This document shows, piece after piece, positions 26,922 through 37,808 of a stretch of 64,000 nt of DNA. Within the stretch, counting starts at the first letter, position 1. Every line of letters starts with the position of its first letter. The notes under the pieces were generated by a model that worked only from the letters and a program-made list of their open reading frames with translations, was not told the DNA's origin and searched no databases. A program made the translations under genes and the position numbers. This DNA is from Pseudomonadota bacterium (GTDB taxonomy: Bacteria > Pseudomonadota > Gammaproteobacteria > Pseudomonadales > Azotimanducaceae): assembly GCA_047947185.1 (NCBI GenBank), contig CP170502.1:1301978-1365977 (forward strand), read 5' to 3'.

Positions 26922-29900
26922 ATGATTTCGGTCGTCGGCTATACCAATCTGCAACTCATCTACCAGGGACCCGAAACCCTGGTCTACCGCGCCACCAGAC
27001 GGATTGACAAGCGCCCCGTGGTACTGAGGCAGCTGCGCGCCGACAGGTTTTCTCCGTCGCTTGCGGCACAGTACCAGAGGGAGTACGCGCTGCTCCGCAC
27101 CATCGAGTCGGCCAGGGTCATTGCTGCCCTTGATCTTGTTGAGGCCGACGGAACCGTCACCCTGGTGACCGAAGACGTTGGCGGTACTTCGCTGGCAGAG
27201 TTGCCGCATCTGCCGCTCAACGATGTCATTGCCCTTGCTATCGCTATCGTCGACGGCTTGGATGACCTGCACGCCCAATACATCGTGCACAAGGACATTT
27301 GCCCAGGAAACCTGATCCTGAATCCTGCAACCGGCCAGCTCAAGATCATCGACCTTGGCATCGCATCGCAAACCCGCGCATCTTCCCGACGACCGGAGCC
27401 GGGCCTCGGACCGGAAGGTACATTGCCTTACATGGCCCCGGAGCAGACCGGTCGACTGAACCGCTCGGTGGACTATCGCGCGGACTTTTACGCTCTCGGT
27501 GCCACCCTCTACGAGCTGTTAACCGGAAACCCGCCCTTTCGGGCCGACAGCGTGCTCGAAATGATCTACAGCCATGTCGCCCTCATGCCAACGGCACCGG
27601 CGGAGGTCAGCCCTGCCGTGCCAGCCAGTCTCTCAAACATCGTGATGAAACTGCTGGCGAAAATGCCCGAGGAGAGATACCAGAGCACTTTTGCGCTCAG
27701 GGCTGACCTCAACCGCTGCCTTGAACTGGTGTCCGGTGGTACCGACGCGGGCTTCCAGATTGCACTGGATGACATACCCGAACAGATGCTGCTCACCCAG
27801 AAATTGCTGGAACGTGAGGCGCAACTCCAGCAAATCAAGGATGGTCTTGCCGCGGCAGCCGCAGGTACCACGGAGATTGTCGTCTGCCATGGCAAGGCCG
27901 GTACGGGTAAGTCTGCCCTGATCCGTGAATTCCAGAAGGAGGTACTGACAGGTGGCGGCCTGTTTGTTAGCGCCCGTCACAACCCGGCCAGCCCCGAACG
28001 CCCCTATGGTGCCGTGTCGGTGGCATGCCGCGACCTGGTCAGGCAACTGCAGGCGCGGGTTGACAATGAATCCATCCGCGTTCGCCTGGCCCAGGCGCTC
28101 GGTGAGAATGTTGGTGTGATCACACAGCTGGTACCGGAACTGGCGCCGCTTTTCCCGGACCGGGGCCAGGATCTGAATCTGCCACCGATTGAGGCGAGGA
28201 GTCGCCTGTTGTGGAGTCTCACAACCCTGATTCAAACCCTGTCCAGCGAGGAACATCCCTTTGTGCTGGTGATCGAGAGCCTGCACTGGATCGACAAGGC
28301 GTCACTTGAGTTGTTCGAACCCCTGATTATTGCGCAGCGGATTCCGGGACTTATGGTGTTGTGTGCCTACCGGCCAGAGGAACTCAACCTGAACAGTGAT
28401 ACCCGGCAGGTCATTGAGCGCATCATGACCTCCGGTGCACCCATCAGGCTGGTCCGCCTGACCAATCTGTCCGCGCAGGCAATTGCCGTTCTGCTTTCGG
28501 AGTCCTTCTTCCGACCTGTTGAGGATACGCTAACGCTGGCACGTCTGATTCATGACAAGACAGGTGGTAACCCCCTGGCCGTCCACGCGTTCATCTCAAA
28601 CCTTGGCGAAGTGGGCGCCCTGCGTTTTGACAGACGCCATCGCGAGTGGACCTGGGACCTCACCACAGCTTCTGCCACGCCGCCTACCGAAAATGTTGGC
28701 GAACAGCTCTCTGCAAGCATAGGCAAACTGGAGCCAGCCACGGCCCAACTGCTGAAAATTGCGTCATGTGCCGGTGAAGACTTTGATCTCGAAATGCTGC
28801 GAGAAGTATCCGGCCTTTCGTTTCCCGAGACCGCGGCGCGCCTGCTGAACGCCGTCAGGGAAGGCTTTATCATCTACCGACCTGTTGACGCCACCCACCC
28901 CGGCCGTCAGGCGGGCCCGCTCAGCTACCGGTTTGCCCATGAACGCATCCAGCAGGCTGCCTACGCCCTGCTGGATAACGAGGAGAAGCGGCAGATCCAC
29001 GGCAAGATCGGCGAGGTATTGCTGCGCGCCGCTGAGGCAGATGAAACCAGCAGGATTTTCGATGTTGTCAATCATCTCAACAATGGCATCACCCGACCGG
29101 ATCGGAAGGCTTCCGAAGATACCCGACTTGCCTCACTCAACATCGCTGCCGGCAACAAGGCAAAAGCCGCGGGTGCCTTCCAGGCTGCCTTCAAATACTA
29201 TCGCACGGCGATAGCCCTGCAAGGACCCCGTCTCTGGGACAGGTACGATGAGTCCCTGGAACTGCATCTGGACACGGCAGAAGCAGCCTATCTGTGCGGA
29301 GACCAGAACCAGGTGGAACTCACGATCAACAGTGTGCTCACCCATGCACGCAGTCCGCTGGATCGTGCCCGGGCACTTGAAATCCGTCTCCGCGCGCTGA
29401 TTGCATTTGAGGACATCGAGTCGGCCCTCAGCCTGGGTGACGAGGTACTGGAGCTCCTGAACGTCCGTGTTCCACGGATGGGCGGCCCCGGTTTCATCAG
29501 GATGCTCGGGAGCCTGATCTACCAGGTTATCCGCGTGAGCCAGAGCAGTACCTTGCCAACACGCAAGATGACCGACCCAGGGCTCCTGGCCGCCATGCGG
29601 ATTCTCATGGTCATGTGCCAGGCAAGCTACCTGAACGGTAGCCCGCAGACTGGCATGTACATACTCAGGATGACCCAGCTATCCGTGCGGCACGGCCTGG
29701 CACCGGAGTCGTCTTTTGCCTACCCGATGTTCGGTGCCCTGATCATCACCTATCTCGGCACAATCAGCGCGGGCTACCGCTTTGGCATGCTGGCGATGCA
29801 AAACCTGGATGAACACAACAAGGAGCTTCACTGCAAGAGCCTGACGCTGGTGAACAATTTCATTTCAATCTGGAAACAACCGGTTCGAAACACCTTGGAA

Positions 29901-32900
29901 CCCCTATCCCGCGCTTACCAGACGGGCATGGAAACGGGTGACGTGGAGTTTGCGCTGATCGCCGCAATTATGGGAACCGTCAACGCTTTTCTGCTGGGGC
30001 ACGACCTGAACAGCCTGGACGCCAGCCTGGCTCGCTACAACCGTCAGGCCGCAGATTTGAACCAGACGCCAATACTGGGTATCGGATCCATTTACCAGCA
30101 GGCCATACGCAATCTGTCCCAGCCTGCCGGGCAACCCTGGCTACTTGTTGGTGATATCTATGTTGAAGAGGATCTGATTCCCTTTCACGAGGCAAATGGC
30201 GATGAATCAAGCCTCGCCAACCTCTACATTGTAAAACTCTTCCTCGCCGTGCTTTTTCGTCGGGACAGGGAAGCGATGGACTATGCCAGGCTGGCACGGC
30301 CAAAACTCTCCAGTGTTGTTTCGTCTCCCGCGCTGGCCTTCTTTATGCTCTACGAGAGCCTTGCGATGCTGAGCTCGCTCAAATCGGTTACGCCAATCAC
30401 CGCGTTGAGGCTGAACCTGCGCATCAGCTACAACCAGCGCCTCTTCCGCAAATGGGCACATCATGCACCTGCCAACATTCTCCACGGCTACCATCTCGTG
30501 GAAGCTGAGCGCCATCGTATTGCCGGCAGAAACACCGCGGCGCTTGAAGCGTTTGACCTTGCCATCAGCGCTGCGAGCGAAAACGGCTATCTGAAAGAGC
30601 AGGCGCTTGCCAATGAACTCGCCGGTCGTTTCCATCTGGGTTCAGGCAAAAGAGAACTTGCACTCTTCTACCTGAGAAGGGCGCGCGCTGCCTACACGCG
30701 CTGGGGTGCCATCAGCAAGGTCCGGGCGCTGGATACGGAATTTGTCGAGCTTTCGGAAGACGACCTCTACACGGGGCGCGGACGACTTTTGTCAGCCGCG
30801 GGTACGTCGATCAAGATTCAGGGCCAAAGGGACATGCGCGGTTATGGTGAGTTTCTTGACCTGGGCTCAGTCATCAAGGCGTCCCAGGTGCTGGCCGGGG
30901 AAATTGTGCTCGACAATCTGCTGGAGCGCCTGATGCAGGTTGCGCTGGAGAATGCCGGGGCCCAGAAAGCCGCCCTTGTGCTGTCGCGCGACAACCGGCT
31001 CAACCTTGAAATGACAACGGATTACCAGGATCAGAAGCCGATCCATGTGAGGCAGGAGATTCCAATCGAACAGGCCAGCGACATACCTGTGTCGGTTGTG
31101 CAGTATGTTGCCAGAACGCGGGAGGATCTGGTGTTGAATGACGCCATGAACGAGGACATCTTCACCCAGGATGCCTACATCGTGTCAAGAAAACCCAAGT
31201 CCATACTCTGCATACCCATTCTGAGCAAGTCACACCTCACGGGCGTGCTCTACCTGGAGAACATGCAGACCACGCTCGCCTTTACCAAAGACCGGGTGGC
31301 GATTCTCAGGTTACTGGCATCCCAGTCTGCAATTGCCATCGAAAATGCCCGCCTGTACCAGCAACTGAATGATTCGCGTAACAAGTATCTCTCGCTTTAC
31401 CAGAACGCCGTCGAGGGCATTTTCGAGCTTGATGGGCGTGGCATGGTCACAAACATCAATCCGGCAGCAGCACACCTGATGGGTTACGACTCAGCAGAAC
31501 AGGCGCTGCGCCATGGCAGTTTCGACCCGACAAAGCGCGTGGTTAACCCCGAAGATGCCGAGCATGTGCGCGCTTTGCTCAATCAGGAGCAGCGGGTGAT
31601 CGGTTATGAACTCCTCATCCGCCGCAATGACGAATCCACAATCTGGGTTGCCCTTTCTGCCCAGGTTTTTACCGGTGACAACGACGACGATTTCAGGGTT
31701 GAGGGTTCCATCATTGACATCACCGAACGGAAGTTGAGAGAAGAAGCCGAGCAGGCAACCCGCCTCGCCCGTGCTGCCACTGAAACCAAAAGTCAGTTCC
31801 TGGCAAACATGAGCCACGAAATCAGGACCCCCATGAACGCGATTGTGGGGTATACCAATCTTGCGCTCAAAACACCGCTGTCGGAACAACAGGCCAGCTA
31901 CCTTGAGACAATTCGCAACTCGTCAAACCACCTGCTGCGGGTTGTCAATGACATACTTGATCTCTCCAGGGTGGAGTCAGGAAAACTCGAACTCCAGCAT
32001 ACGCCATTCCGGCTTCGCGATATTGTCACTGATCTGCATAACCTGTTTGATCTCGAAGCACAACAAAAAGGCATTCGGCTGCTTGTACCTGATATCGCGG
32101 ATGCAGAGGAAGATTTTTTTGTTGGCGATCCGGTCCGCATCGGCCAGATTCTCATCAATCTGGTTGGCAACGCGCTCAAGTTTACTGACACCGGCGAGGT
32201 GCGTGTTGAATTTGAAACCGTGCACCTGAAAGACGAGCGGGCCTGCCTGAATTTTACTGTTGCCGACACGGGTATTGGTATCGACGCTTCACAGCTCAAC
32301 ACAATTTTCGACTCGTTTGTCCAGGGTAATGCGCCCTCGCGGGAAGAAGGCACGGGCCTTGGACTGGCTATCTGCAAGAGCCTGGTCGAAATGATGGAAG
32401 GACACATACACGCTGTCAGCACACCCGGTGAGGGCAGCCAGTTCTATTTTTCCGTGATTGTGGGTGTGGACAGGGATCAACGGGTGAAGTCGGCGGCGCC
32501 AGCCGCTACGGCAGGGTCGTTGGAGGGTCAAACGCTGCTGCTGGTTGAGGACAACGCTATCAATCGCAACCTCGCCCTGGAGGTCCTGAGCCAGGCTGGG
32601 CTCTCGGTTGTTGTCGCGGAAAACGGTGCCGAGGCACTTGCCGCGCTGGAAACCCAGGCTTTTTTTGCCGTCCTGATGGATCTGCGCATGCCTGTTATGA
32701 ACGGTATAGAGGCAATCAGGCAAATACGCGCGATTCCGGCGTTCGCAACCCTGCCAACAATTGCCCTCTCCGCAAGTGTACTGAAATCTGAGGTGGATGA
32801 AGCCATTAGCGCCGGGTTCGATCACTATCTCAGCAAACCCGTTGATTTTGCCGAGTTGCTGGACCTCCTCCGGGCGATAGGCAATGTTGCGCCAGCGCCC

Positions 32901-33293
32901 CCTGTTGAGCCGATGCCGGCAGCCCAGATTGTCATTCGTGGTGTGGATTTTGGCAGGGCACTGCGCAACCATGGGGGCGACCGTGAGTTGCTTTCATCCC
33001 TGATGACGGAGTTTGTCAAAATCTACCGGTTTTCGGATGAAGACCTGCGGGCGCTGCTGGCCTCAGCGGACCCTGTCCGGGCGGAACGCCTGGCGCACAA
33101 TGTTGCGGGGGTCGCCGGGAGTTTTGGCGCCATGGCTCTGATGAATGCAGCCCGGGCGCTTGAGCATGAAATCCGTGATGGTGCTCTGCACCTGGATGAC
33201 CAGCTTGAAGCTTTTGGTCGTGAACTGATCAACTTCCTGCGCGCCATAGAGCAGTTCCAACTGGCGGAACCCACCTCAGTCGCCGACGCCTAG
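26922..33293 (+). CDS. 2123-aa multidomain sensor: Ser/Thr-kinase-like domain, P-loop NTPase, helical/TPR-like region, GAF, PAS, HisKA/HATPase_c, REC, Hpt
   Basis: - Kinase motifs HKDICPGN, IDLGIAS and PYMAPEQ.
- Walker A GKAGTGKS (27891-27914).
- GAF (...LCIPILSKSHLTGVLYLEN).
- PAS (LYQNAVEGIFELD).
- H-box SHEIRTPMN (His at 31815-31817).
- N/G boxes (NLVGNALKFT, DTGIGI, GTGLGL).
- REC Asp in VLMDLRMP (32679-32681).
- Hpt His in LAHNVAGVAGSFG (33096-33098). Confidence 0.9.
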   Translation: MISVVGYTNLQLIYQGPETLVYRATRRIDKRPVVLRQLRADRFSPSLAAQYQREYALLRTIESARVIAALDLVEADGTVTLVTEDVGGTSLAELPHLPLNDVIALAIAIVDGLDDLHAQYIVHKDICPGNLILNPATGQLKIIDLGIASQTRASSRRPEPGLGPEGTLPYMAPEQTGRLNRSVDYRADFYALGATLYELLTGNPPFRADSVLEMIYSHVALMPTAPAEVSPAVPASLSNIVMKLLAKMPEERYQSTFALRADLNRCLELVSGGTDAGFQIALDDIPEQMLLTQKLLEREAQLQQIKDGLAAAAAGTTEIVVCHGKAGTGKSALIREFQKEVLTGGGLFVSARHNPASPERPYGAVSVACRDLVRQLQARVDNESIRVRLAQALGENVGVITQLVPELAPLFPDRGQDLNLPPIEARSRLLWSLTTLIQTLSSEEHPFVLVIESLHWIDKASLELFEPLIIAQRIPGLMVLCAYRPEELNLNSDTRQVIERIMTSGAPIRLVRLTNLSAQAIAVLLSESFFRPVEDTLTLARLIHDKTGGNPLAVHAFISNLGEVGALRFDRRHREWTWDLTTASATPPTENVGEQLSASIGKLEPATAQLLKIASCAGEDFDLEMLREVSGLSFPETAARLLNAVREGFIIYRPVDATHPGRQAGPLSYRFAHERIQQAAYALLDNEEKRQIHGKIGEVLLRAAEADETSRIFDVVNHLNNGITRPDRKASEDTRLASLNIAAGNKAKAAGAFQAAFKYYRTAIALQGPRLWDRYDESLELHLDTAEAAYLCGDQNQVELTINSVLTHARSPLDRARALEIRLRALIAFEDIESALSLGDEVLELLNVRVPRMGGPGFIRMLGSLIYQVIRVSQSSTLPTRKMTDPGLLAAMRILMVMCQASYLNGSPQTGMYILRMTQLSVRHGLAPESSFAYPMFGALIITYLGTISAGYRFGMLAMQNLDEHNKELHCKSLTLVNNFISIWKQPVRNTLEPLSRAYQTGMETGDVEFALIAAIMGTVNAFLLGHDLNSLDASLARYNRQAADLNQTPILGIGSIYQQAIRNLSQPAGQPWLLVGDIYVEEDLIPFHEANGDESSLANLYIVKLFLAVLFRRDREAMDYARLARPKLSSVVSSPALAFFMLYESLAMLSSLKSVTPITALRLNLRISYNQRLFRKWAHHAPANILHGYHLVEAERHRIAGRNTAALEAFDLAISAASENGYLKEQALANELAGRFHLGSGKRELALFYLRRARAAYTRWGAISKVRALDTEFVELSEDDLYTGRGRLLSAAGTSIKIQGQRDMRGYGEFLDLGSVIKASQVLAGEIVLDNLLERLMQVALENAGAQKAALVLSRDNRLNLEMTTDYQDQKPIHVRQEIPIEQASDIPVSVVQYVARTREDLVLNDAMNEDIFTQDAYIVSRKPKSILCIPILSKSHLTGVLYLENMQTTLAFTKDRVAILRLLASQSAIAIENARLYQQLNDSRNKYLSLYQNAVEGIFELDGRGMVTNINPAAAHLMGYDSAEQALRHGSFDPTKRVVNPEDAEHVRALLNQEQRVIGYELLIRRNDESTIWVALSAQVFTGDNDDDFRVEGSIIDITERKLREEAEQATRLARAATETKSQFLANMSHEIRTPMNAIVGYTNLALKTPLSEQQASYLETIRNSSNHLLRVVNDILDLSRVESGKLELQHTPFRLRDIVTDLHNLFDLEAQQKGIRLLVPDIADAEEDFFVGDPVRIGQILINLVGNALKFTDTGEVRVEFETVHLKDERACLNFTVADTGIGIDASQLNTIFDSFVQGNAPSREEGTGLGLAICKSLVEMMEGHIHAVSTPGEGSQFYFSVIVGVDRDQRVKSAAPAATAGSLEGQTLLLVEDNAINRNLALEVLSQAGLSVVVAENGAEALAALETQAFFAVLMDLRMPVMNGIEAIRQIRAIPAFATLPTIALSASVLKSEVDEAISAGFDHYLSKPVDFAELLDLLRAIGNVAPAPPVEPMPAAQIVIRGVDFGRALRNHGGDRELLSSLMTEFVKIYRFSDEDLRALLASADPVRAERLAHNVAGVAGSFGAMALMNAARALEHEIRDGALHLDDQLEAFGRELINFLRAIEQFQLAEPTSVADA

Positions 33294-33308
33294 CTGAACT
33301 CCTGCCGC

Positions 33309-34136
33309 TCAATGCTCCTGGATATTGACCACACTCAGGTACTGGCGCTGTTTTGAGACGATGCTGTCAAAGTCAAAAAGACGGGTATCAAGCAGGTGTG
33401 AAGGCACCACATCCGTGACGGCCCGGAAAATTGTCTCCAGGCGACCGGGGTGCTGGCGTTCCCAGGCCTGCAACATCTCCTTGATCACCTGGCGCTGCAG
33501 GTTATCCTGGGCCCCACACAGGTTACAGGGGATCACAGGGAAAGCCGCGGCGTCCGCATAACGCTGGATATCCTCTTCGCGACAATAGGCAAGCGGTCGT
33601 ATGACAATATTCTCGCCATCATCAGATAGGAGTTTGGGTGGCATGGATTTCAGCTTGCCGCCAAAAAACATGTTAAGGAAGAGGGTTTCAAGAATGTCAT
33701 CCCGATGGTGGCCAAGGGCAATCTTGTTGTAACCATTCTCGCGGGCAAACCGGTAAAGAATGCCCCGGCGAAAACGTGAACACCAGCCGCAGTAGGTCTT
33801 GCCTTCCGGCACCATCTCGGTCACCAGCGAGTAGGTATCCTCTTCCAGGATTTTGTAAGGGACCCCAATGGACTCAAACCAGCGTGGCAGGACGTCCTCG
33901 GGGAAACCTGGCTGTTTCTGGTCCAGGTTCACCGCCAGTATCTCAAAATCAACCGGGGCATGGCGCCGCAGGTTCATGAGGATGTCCAGCATCGTCAGCG
34001 AGTCTTTGCCACCGGAAATGCAGACCATGACCCGGTCACCATCCTTGATCATTGAATAGTCCGCTATGGCGCGCCCCGTTTCCCGGCGCAACCGCTTGTA
34101 CAGTTTGTTCCTGTTATAGGTGGCCTTGTCTTTCAT
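33309..34136 (-). CDS. ttcA: tRNA 2-thiocytidine(32) synthetase
   Basis: PP-loop SGGKDS and the Cys motifs ([15 protein letters not shown]) of TtcA. Confidence 0.93.
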   Translation of the reverse strand: MKDKATYNRNKLYKRLRRETGRAIADYSMIKDGDRVMVCISGGKDSLTMLDILMNLRRHAPVDFEILAVNLDQKQPGFPEDVLPRWFESIGVPYKILEEDTYSLVTEMVPEGKTYCGWCSRFRRGILYRFARENGYNKIALGHHRDDILETLFLNMFFGGKLKSMPPKLLSDDGENIVIRPLAYCREEDIQRYADAAAFPVIPCNLCGAQDNLQRQVIKEMLQAWERQHPGRLETIFRAVTDVVPSHLLDTRLFDFDSIVSKQRQYLSVVNIQEH

Positions 34137-34199
34137 TATTTCTGCTGCAGGGTGTCACGAAGATCGAAATTCTACACCAAGCCACGTAAACTTCGCAGC

Positions 34200-35279
34200 A
34201 TGCAGAAATTTGTGACTTTGCTGTTGATCCTTGCCTGTACCGCAAGCCTGCACGCGCTGGGCAAATCGCCTGTGAACCGCGCCAGCCACGGCGTTATCCT
34301 GCAGTACCACCACATTGCTGAAGACACGCCCGCCATCACCAGTACGCGACCGGACCAGTTCGCCGCACACATGGCCTACCTGGCCCGCAGCGGCTTTGAG
34401 GTTTGGCCGCTTGAGCGCCTGGTGGAGGCGGTCCGGAACAACCAGACAACACCCGAAAAGGTTGTGGCAATCACATTTGATGATGCCTACATCAACATCT
34501 ACGAGAATGCCTTTCCACTCCTGCGCGACTATGGTTGGCCGTTTACCATTTTTGTTGCCACGTCGCCGGTTGGTACCCAACCAAACAGCTTTCTCAACTG
34601 GGATCAGCTGCGCGAGATGAAAACCCACGGCGCTACAATTGCCAATCACAGCCATTCCCACACCCACCTCCTCCGCAGGCTGGACCATGAATCCGCTGCC
34701 GATTGGCGTAAACGGATAGCCGCCGACATCACCACCGCGCAAACCCGTCTCACTGCAGAACTGGGTGAAACGCCCCGCTACCTGGCCTATCCCTACGGTG
34801 AATACAACGCGGCGATACTGGATATAGTGCGGGATCTGGGATTCACCGGATTCGGACAGCAGAGCGGCGCAGTGGGTGCTGGCGCTGATTTTGCCGTCCT
34901 GCCACGTTTTCCATTTGGCGGCATTTACAACGAACAGACATCTTTCGAGACCAAGGTGAACTCACTGCCCCTGCCTGTTGCCCCGGTACAGATTGACCCT
35001 TTGCTGCCTGACGGTGAAACCATGCCGCAGCTCAGCCTGACCTTCGATGGCCAGAGTGATCTGCGGCTTGATGCCCTCAACTGTTTTGGTCCCGGCGGCA
35101 CCCGCCTGCGCCTCGACTGGCAGGGCAACACCGTGACAGCGACACCAGCCGGGCCAGTACCCGTTGCGCGTTCACGCTACAACTGCACCATGCCCACCAA
35201 AGCGGGCGGCCGCTTCTACTGGTTCTCCCAGATGTGGATCAGGAAAAATCCGGACGGGAGCTGGTACCCGGAAGCCTGA
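34200..35279 (+). CDS. Polysaccharide deacetylase (NodB-homology) family protein, probable lipoprotein
   Basis: FDDAY, NHSHSH and WDQLREM motifs. The ATG at 34200 gives MQKFVTLLLILAC (possible lipobox). Confidence 0.82.
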   Translation: MQKFVTLLLILACTASLHALGKSPVNRASHGVILQYHHIAEDTPAITSTRPDQFAAHMAYLARSGFEVWPLERLVEAVRNNQTTPEKVVAITFDDAYINIYENAFPLLRDYGWPFTIFVATSPVGTQPNSFLNWDQLREMKTHGATIANHSHSHTHLLRRLDHESAADWRKRIAADITTAQTRLTAELGETPRYLAYPYGEYNAAILDIVRDLGFTGFGQQSGAVGAGADFAVLPRFPFGGIYNEQTSFETKVNSLPLPVAPVQIDPLLPDGETMPQLSLTFDGQSDLRLDALNCFGPGGTRLRLDWQGNTVTATPAGPVPVARSRYNCTMPTKAGGRFYWFSQMWIRKNPDGSWYPEA

Positions 35280-35285
35280 CCCCCT

Positions 35286-37802
35286 TTAAAGCCCGCGCAA
35301 CACCGTGATGGGTGGCGTCTTGACCACCTTCAGCGTCGCCAGTGTACCGATGGTCCCGATCAGCAGAATACCCACCAGTGGCCCCAGCACCCACAGTTGC
35401 GGGTTCACCGTGTATTCCAGCTGGAATATCTCGGTTTCCAGGCCATAAACGGTGATCTCGGAACCAAATGTTGCCAGCACGCCGGCAAAAAATCCCAGCG
35501 CACAGAACTCAACCATCAGGCTGCCCATCACCAGCTTCTGCGAGGCGCCCAGGGTTCGAAGAATGGCGTGCTGCTTGAACCGCTCATCCATGCTTGCCTG
35601 GATACTGGCCAGGAGTACCAGCCCTCCCGACACCAGGATCAGCACCAGCACAAGTTCAATTGCCATGGTGACCTGGGCAATGATTGTCTTGATCTGCTCG
35701 ATCAGGGCATCAATCTCCAGTACGGTCATGGTCGGGTACTCACGCAGCAGCTCGTTCAGGAACAGCTTCTGGTCTGCCTGCAGCGAAAAGCTGGTCATGT
35801 AGGTTGACGGAAAATCCGCCAGGGCACCCGGGGACAGAATGACGTAAAAATTGGGTTGCAGGTTATCCCATGCGACTGTGCGGATGTTGCTCACTGTCGC
35901 GGGCAGATCCCTGCCCTGAATCGAGAACACCAGTTCATCGCCGACCTTAAAGCCGTTGCGGCGCGCCATGTCCGCTTCAATTGAGACCAGCGGTGGGCCG
36001 ACGTAGTCTGACGGCCACCATTCGCCGGCCACGATGCGGTTGTCGTCCGGCAGGTCCGGTGCGTAGGTCAGGTTACGCCCCGAACTGGCGCTGGGTCCAC
36101 GCTCATCGTCCCCCTCCTCAAAAGACTGGCGATCCCGCCGGTCGGTATCCCGCTGGCGTGCTGATTCACCGTTAATGCTTGTGATTCGTCCTCGAATCAT
36201 TGGATATAGCGGCTGGGACACTATGCCTTTTGCCGCGAACAGATCACGAATAGGCGCAACATCCTCTGGAGAAATGTTCACGGCAAAATGATTGGGGGCG
36301 TCTTCCGGAATCTGCGCCTGCCACTCGTCAATCAGCGCCGTTCGCACCAGGAACAAAATCAGCAGCAGCATGATGGCCAGACCAAACACCAGGATCTGCA
36401 GGGTGTTCTCCTGTCCGCGCCGCTGCATGCCGGCAAGTGCCAGTCGCCAGGCACTACCCGCCTGCATACCAAGCACCCGGCCGGACCTGAGCAATCCCCA
36501 GGCAACCGCTGACAGCAATACAATGGCCACCACGGCTCCGCTGAAAATCAGCACGGTAAGATACAGGTCTTCGCTGTACCACCACATGAGCCCAATGGTG
36601 CCGGCAATCGCAGCACCATAGGTGAGCCGGTCGGCAGTTGACGGATCAGCCAGGTCACGCCGGATGACCCGCACCGGTTCCGTTGCCCGCAATCGCAACA
36701 GTGGTGGCAGCGCATAGGCAAGCAGGCACACAAATCCGGTAACCAGCCCGAGCCACACGGGGCGCAGGCCGGGACTGGGCAATTCAATGGGAATAAAAGG
36801 TTCAAGAATTCGCACAACACCCACCTGCACGACATAACCGAGGGCACTACCCGCCAGCGTTGCAACCGTGCCGAGGGTTGCAAAAATGACCAGGAACATG
36901 CCGTCGATGGCATTAGGTGTTGCTCCCAGCGTCTTCAGGACAGCCACGTGGTCGTAGTGCCGCAGGGAATAGCGCTGTGCTGACAGCGCAATTGCCACGC
37001 CCGCCAGAACCACACCCAGCAGTCCACCCAGTAGCAGGAAACGTTCTGCACGATCCAGTGCGCTGCCGATACTCTCTGCCCCCTCCTTGACCCCAAACAG
37101 ACGGGCATCTTCCCCCAACTGGTCTTTGGCCCAGTTGTCAAAATCGGCCAGGGGCCCGTTCTCGCCGGCAAACAGGTAGCGATAGGAGACCCGCGAGGCC
37201 GGCTGTACCACTTCGGTTGCGGGCACGTCAGCCAGGTTCATCATGACGCGTGGCCCGGTATCGCTGAACCCGCCGCCCCTGTCGGGTTCCTTGATCAGGA
37301 TTCTGCCCACCCGAAAACTGGCAACGCCAATGTCGATCACATCGCCGATGCCCAGGTCCAGTGAAGGTGCAAGCCGGCTTTCCAGCCAGACTTCCCCTGG
37401 CGGCGGTCCCTGTTCCACCACAAATCCGTTAACAAATGGTTCATTGGAAGCAATCAGGCGGCCGCGCAGCGGATAGTTCCCGTCAACCGCCTTGACCGAG
37501 GCAAACTGCGCCCGCTCGGCCGAGAACACCATGGACAGAAAGGTCAGGGTTTCCGCCCGCTGGAGACCCAGCCTGTCAGCTTCTGCCAATATGGCCGGCG
37601 CCAGGGGCGCGCTGCTGCCAATAACCCGGTCTGCGGCCAGGAAGGTAGATGACTCCCTGACCAGTGCCTGGTTCAGACGATCGACAAACAGGGTAATAGT
37701 TGTCACGGTGCTGACCGCTATCACCAGAGACGCCAGCAGCAGCGTCAGTTCACCCGAGCGCCAGTCCCGCCAGAGAAGCTTCAGAGCAAGTTTGATATTC
37801 AT
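35286..37802 (-). CDS. ybbP: ABC transporter permease, FtsX-like double module (YbbP-like)
   Basis: 838 aa with two FtsX-type 4-TM modules separated by large periplasmic loops. Adjacent to the ybbA-like ATPase. Confidence 0.85.
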   Translation of the reverse strand: MNIKLALKLLWRDWRSGELTLLLASLVIAVSTVTTITLFVDRLNQALVRESSTFLAADRVIGSSAPLAPAILAEADRLGLQRAETLTFLSMVFSAERAQFASVKAVDGNYPLRGRLIASNEPFVNGFVVEQGPPPGEVWLESRLAPSLDLGIGDVIDIGVASFRVGRILIKEPDRGGGFSDTGPRVMMNLADVPATEVVQPASRVSYRYLFAGENGPLADFDNWAKDQLGEDARLFGVKEGAESIGSALDRAERFLLLGGLLGVVLAGVAIALSAQRYSLRHYDHVAVLKTLGATPNAIDGMFLVIFATLGTVATLAGSALGYVVQVGVVRILEPFIPIELPSPGLRPVWLGLVTGFVCLLAYALPPLLRLRATEPVRVIRRDLADPSTADRLTYGAAIAGTIGLMWWYSEDLYLTVLIFSGAVVAIVLLSAVAWGLLRSGRVLGMQAGSAWRLALAGMQRRGQENTLQILVFGLAIMLLLILFLVRTALIDEWQAQIPEDAPNHFAVNISPEDVAPIRDLFAAKGIVSQPLYPMIRGRITSINGESARQRDTDRRDRQSFEEGDDERGPSASSGRNLTYAPDLPDDNRIVAGEWWPSDYVGPPLVSIEADMARRNGFKVGDELVFSIQGRDLPATVSNIRTVAWDNLQPNFYVILSPGALADFPSTYMTSFSLQADQKLFLNELLREYPTMTVLEIDALIEQIKTIIAQVTMAIELVLVLILVSGGLVLLASIQASMDERFKQHAILRTLGASQKLVMGSLMVEFCALGFFAGVLATFGSEITVYGLETEIFQLEYTVNPQLWVLGPLVGILLIGTIGTLATLKVVKTPPITVLRGL

Positions 37803-37808
37803 GCCGGA

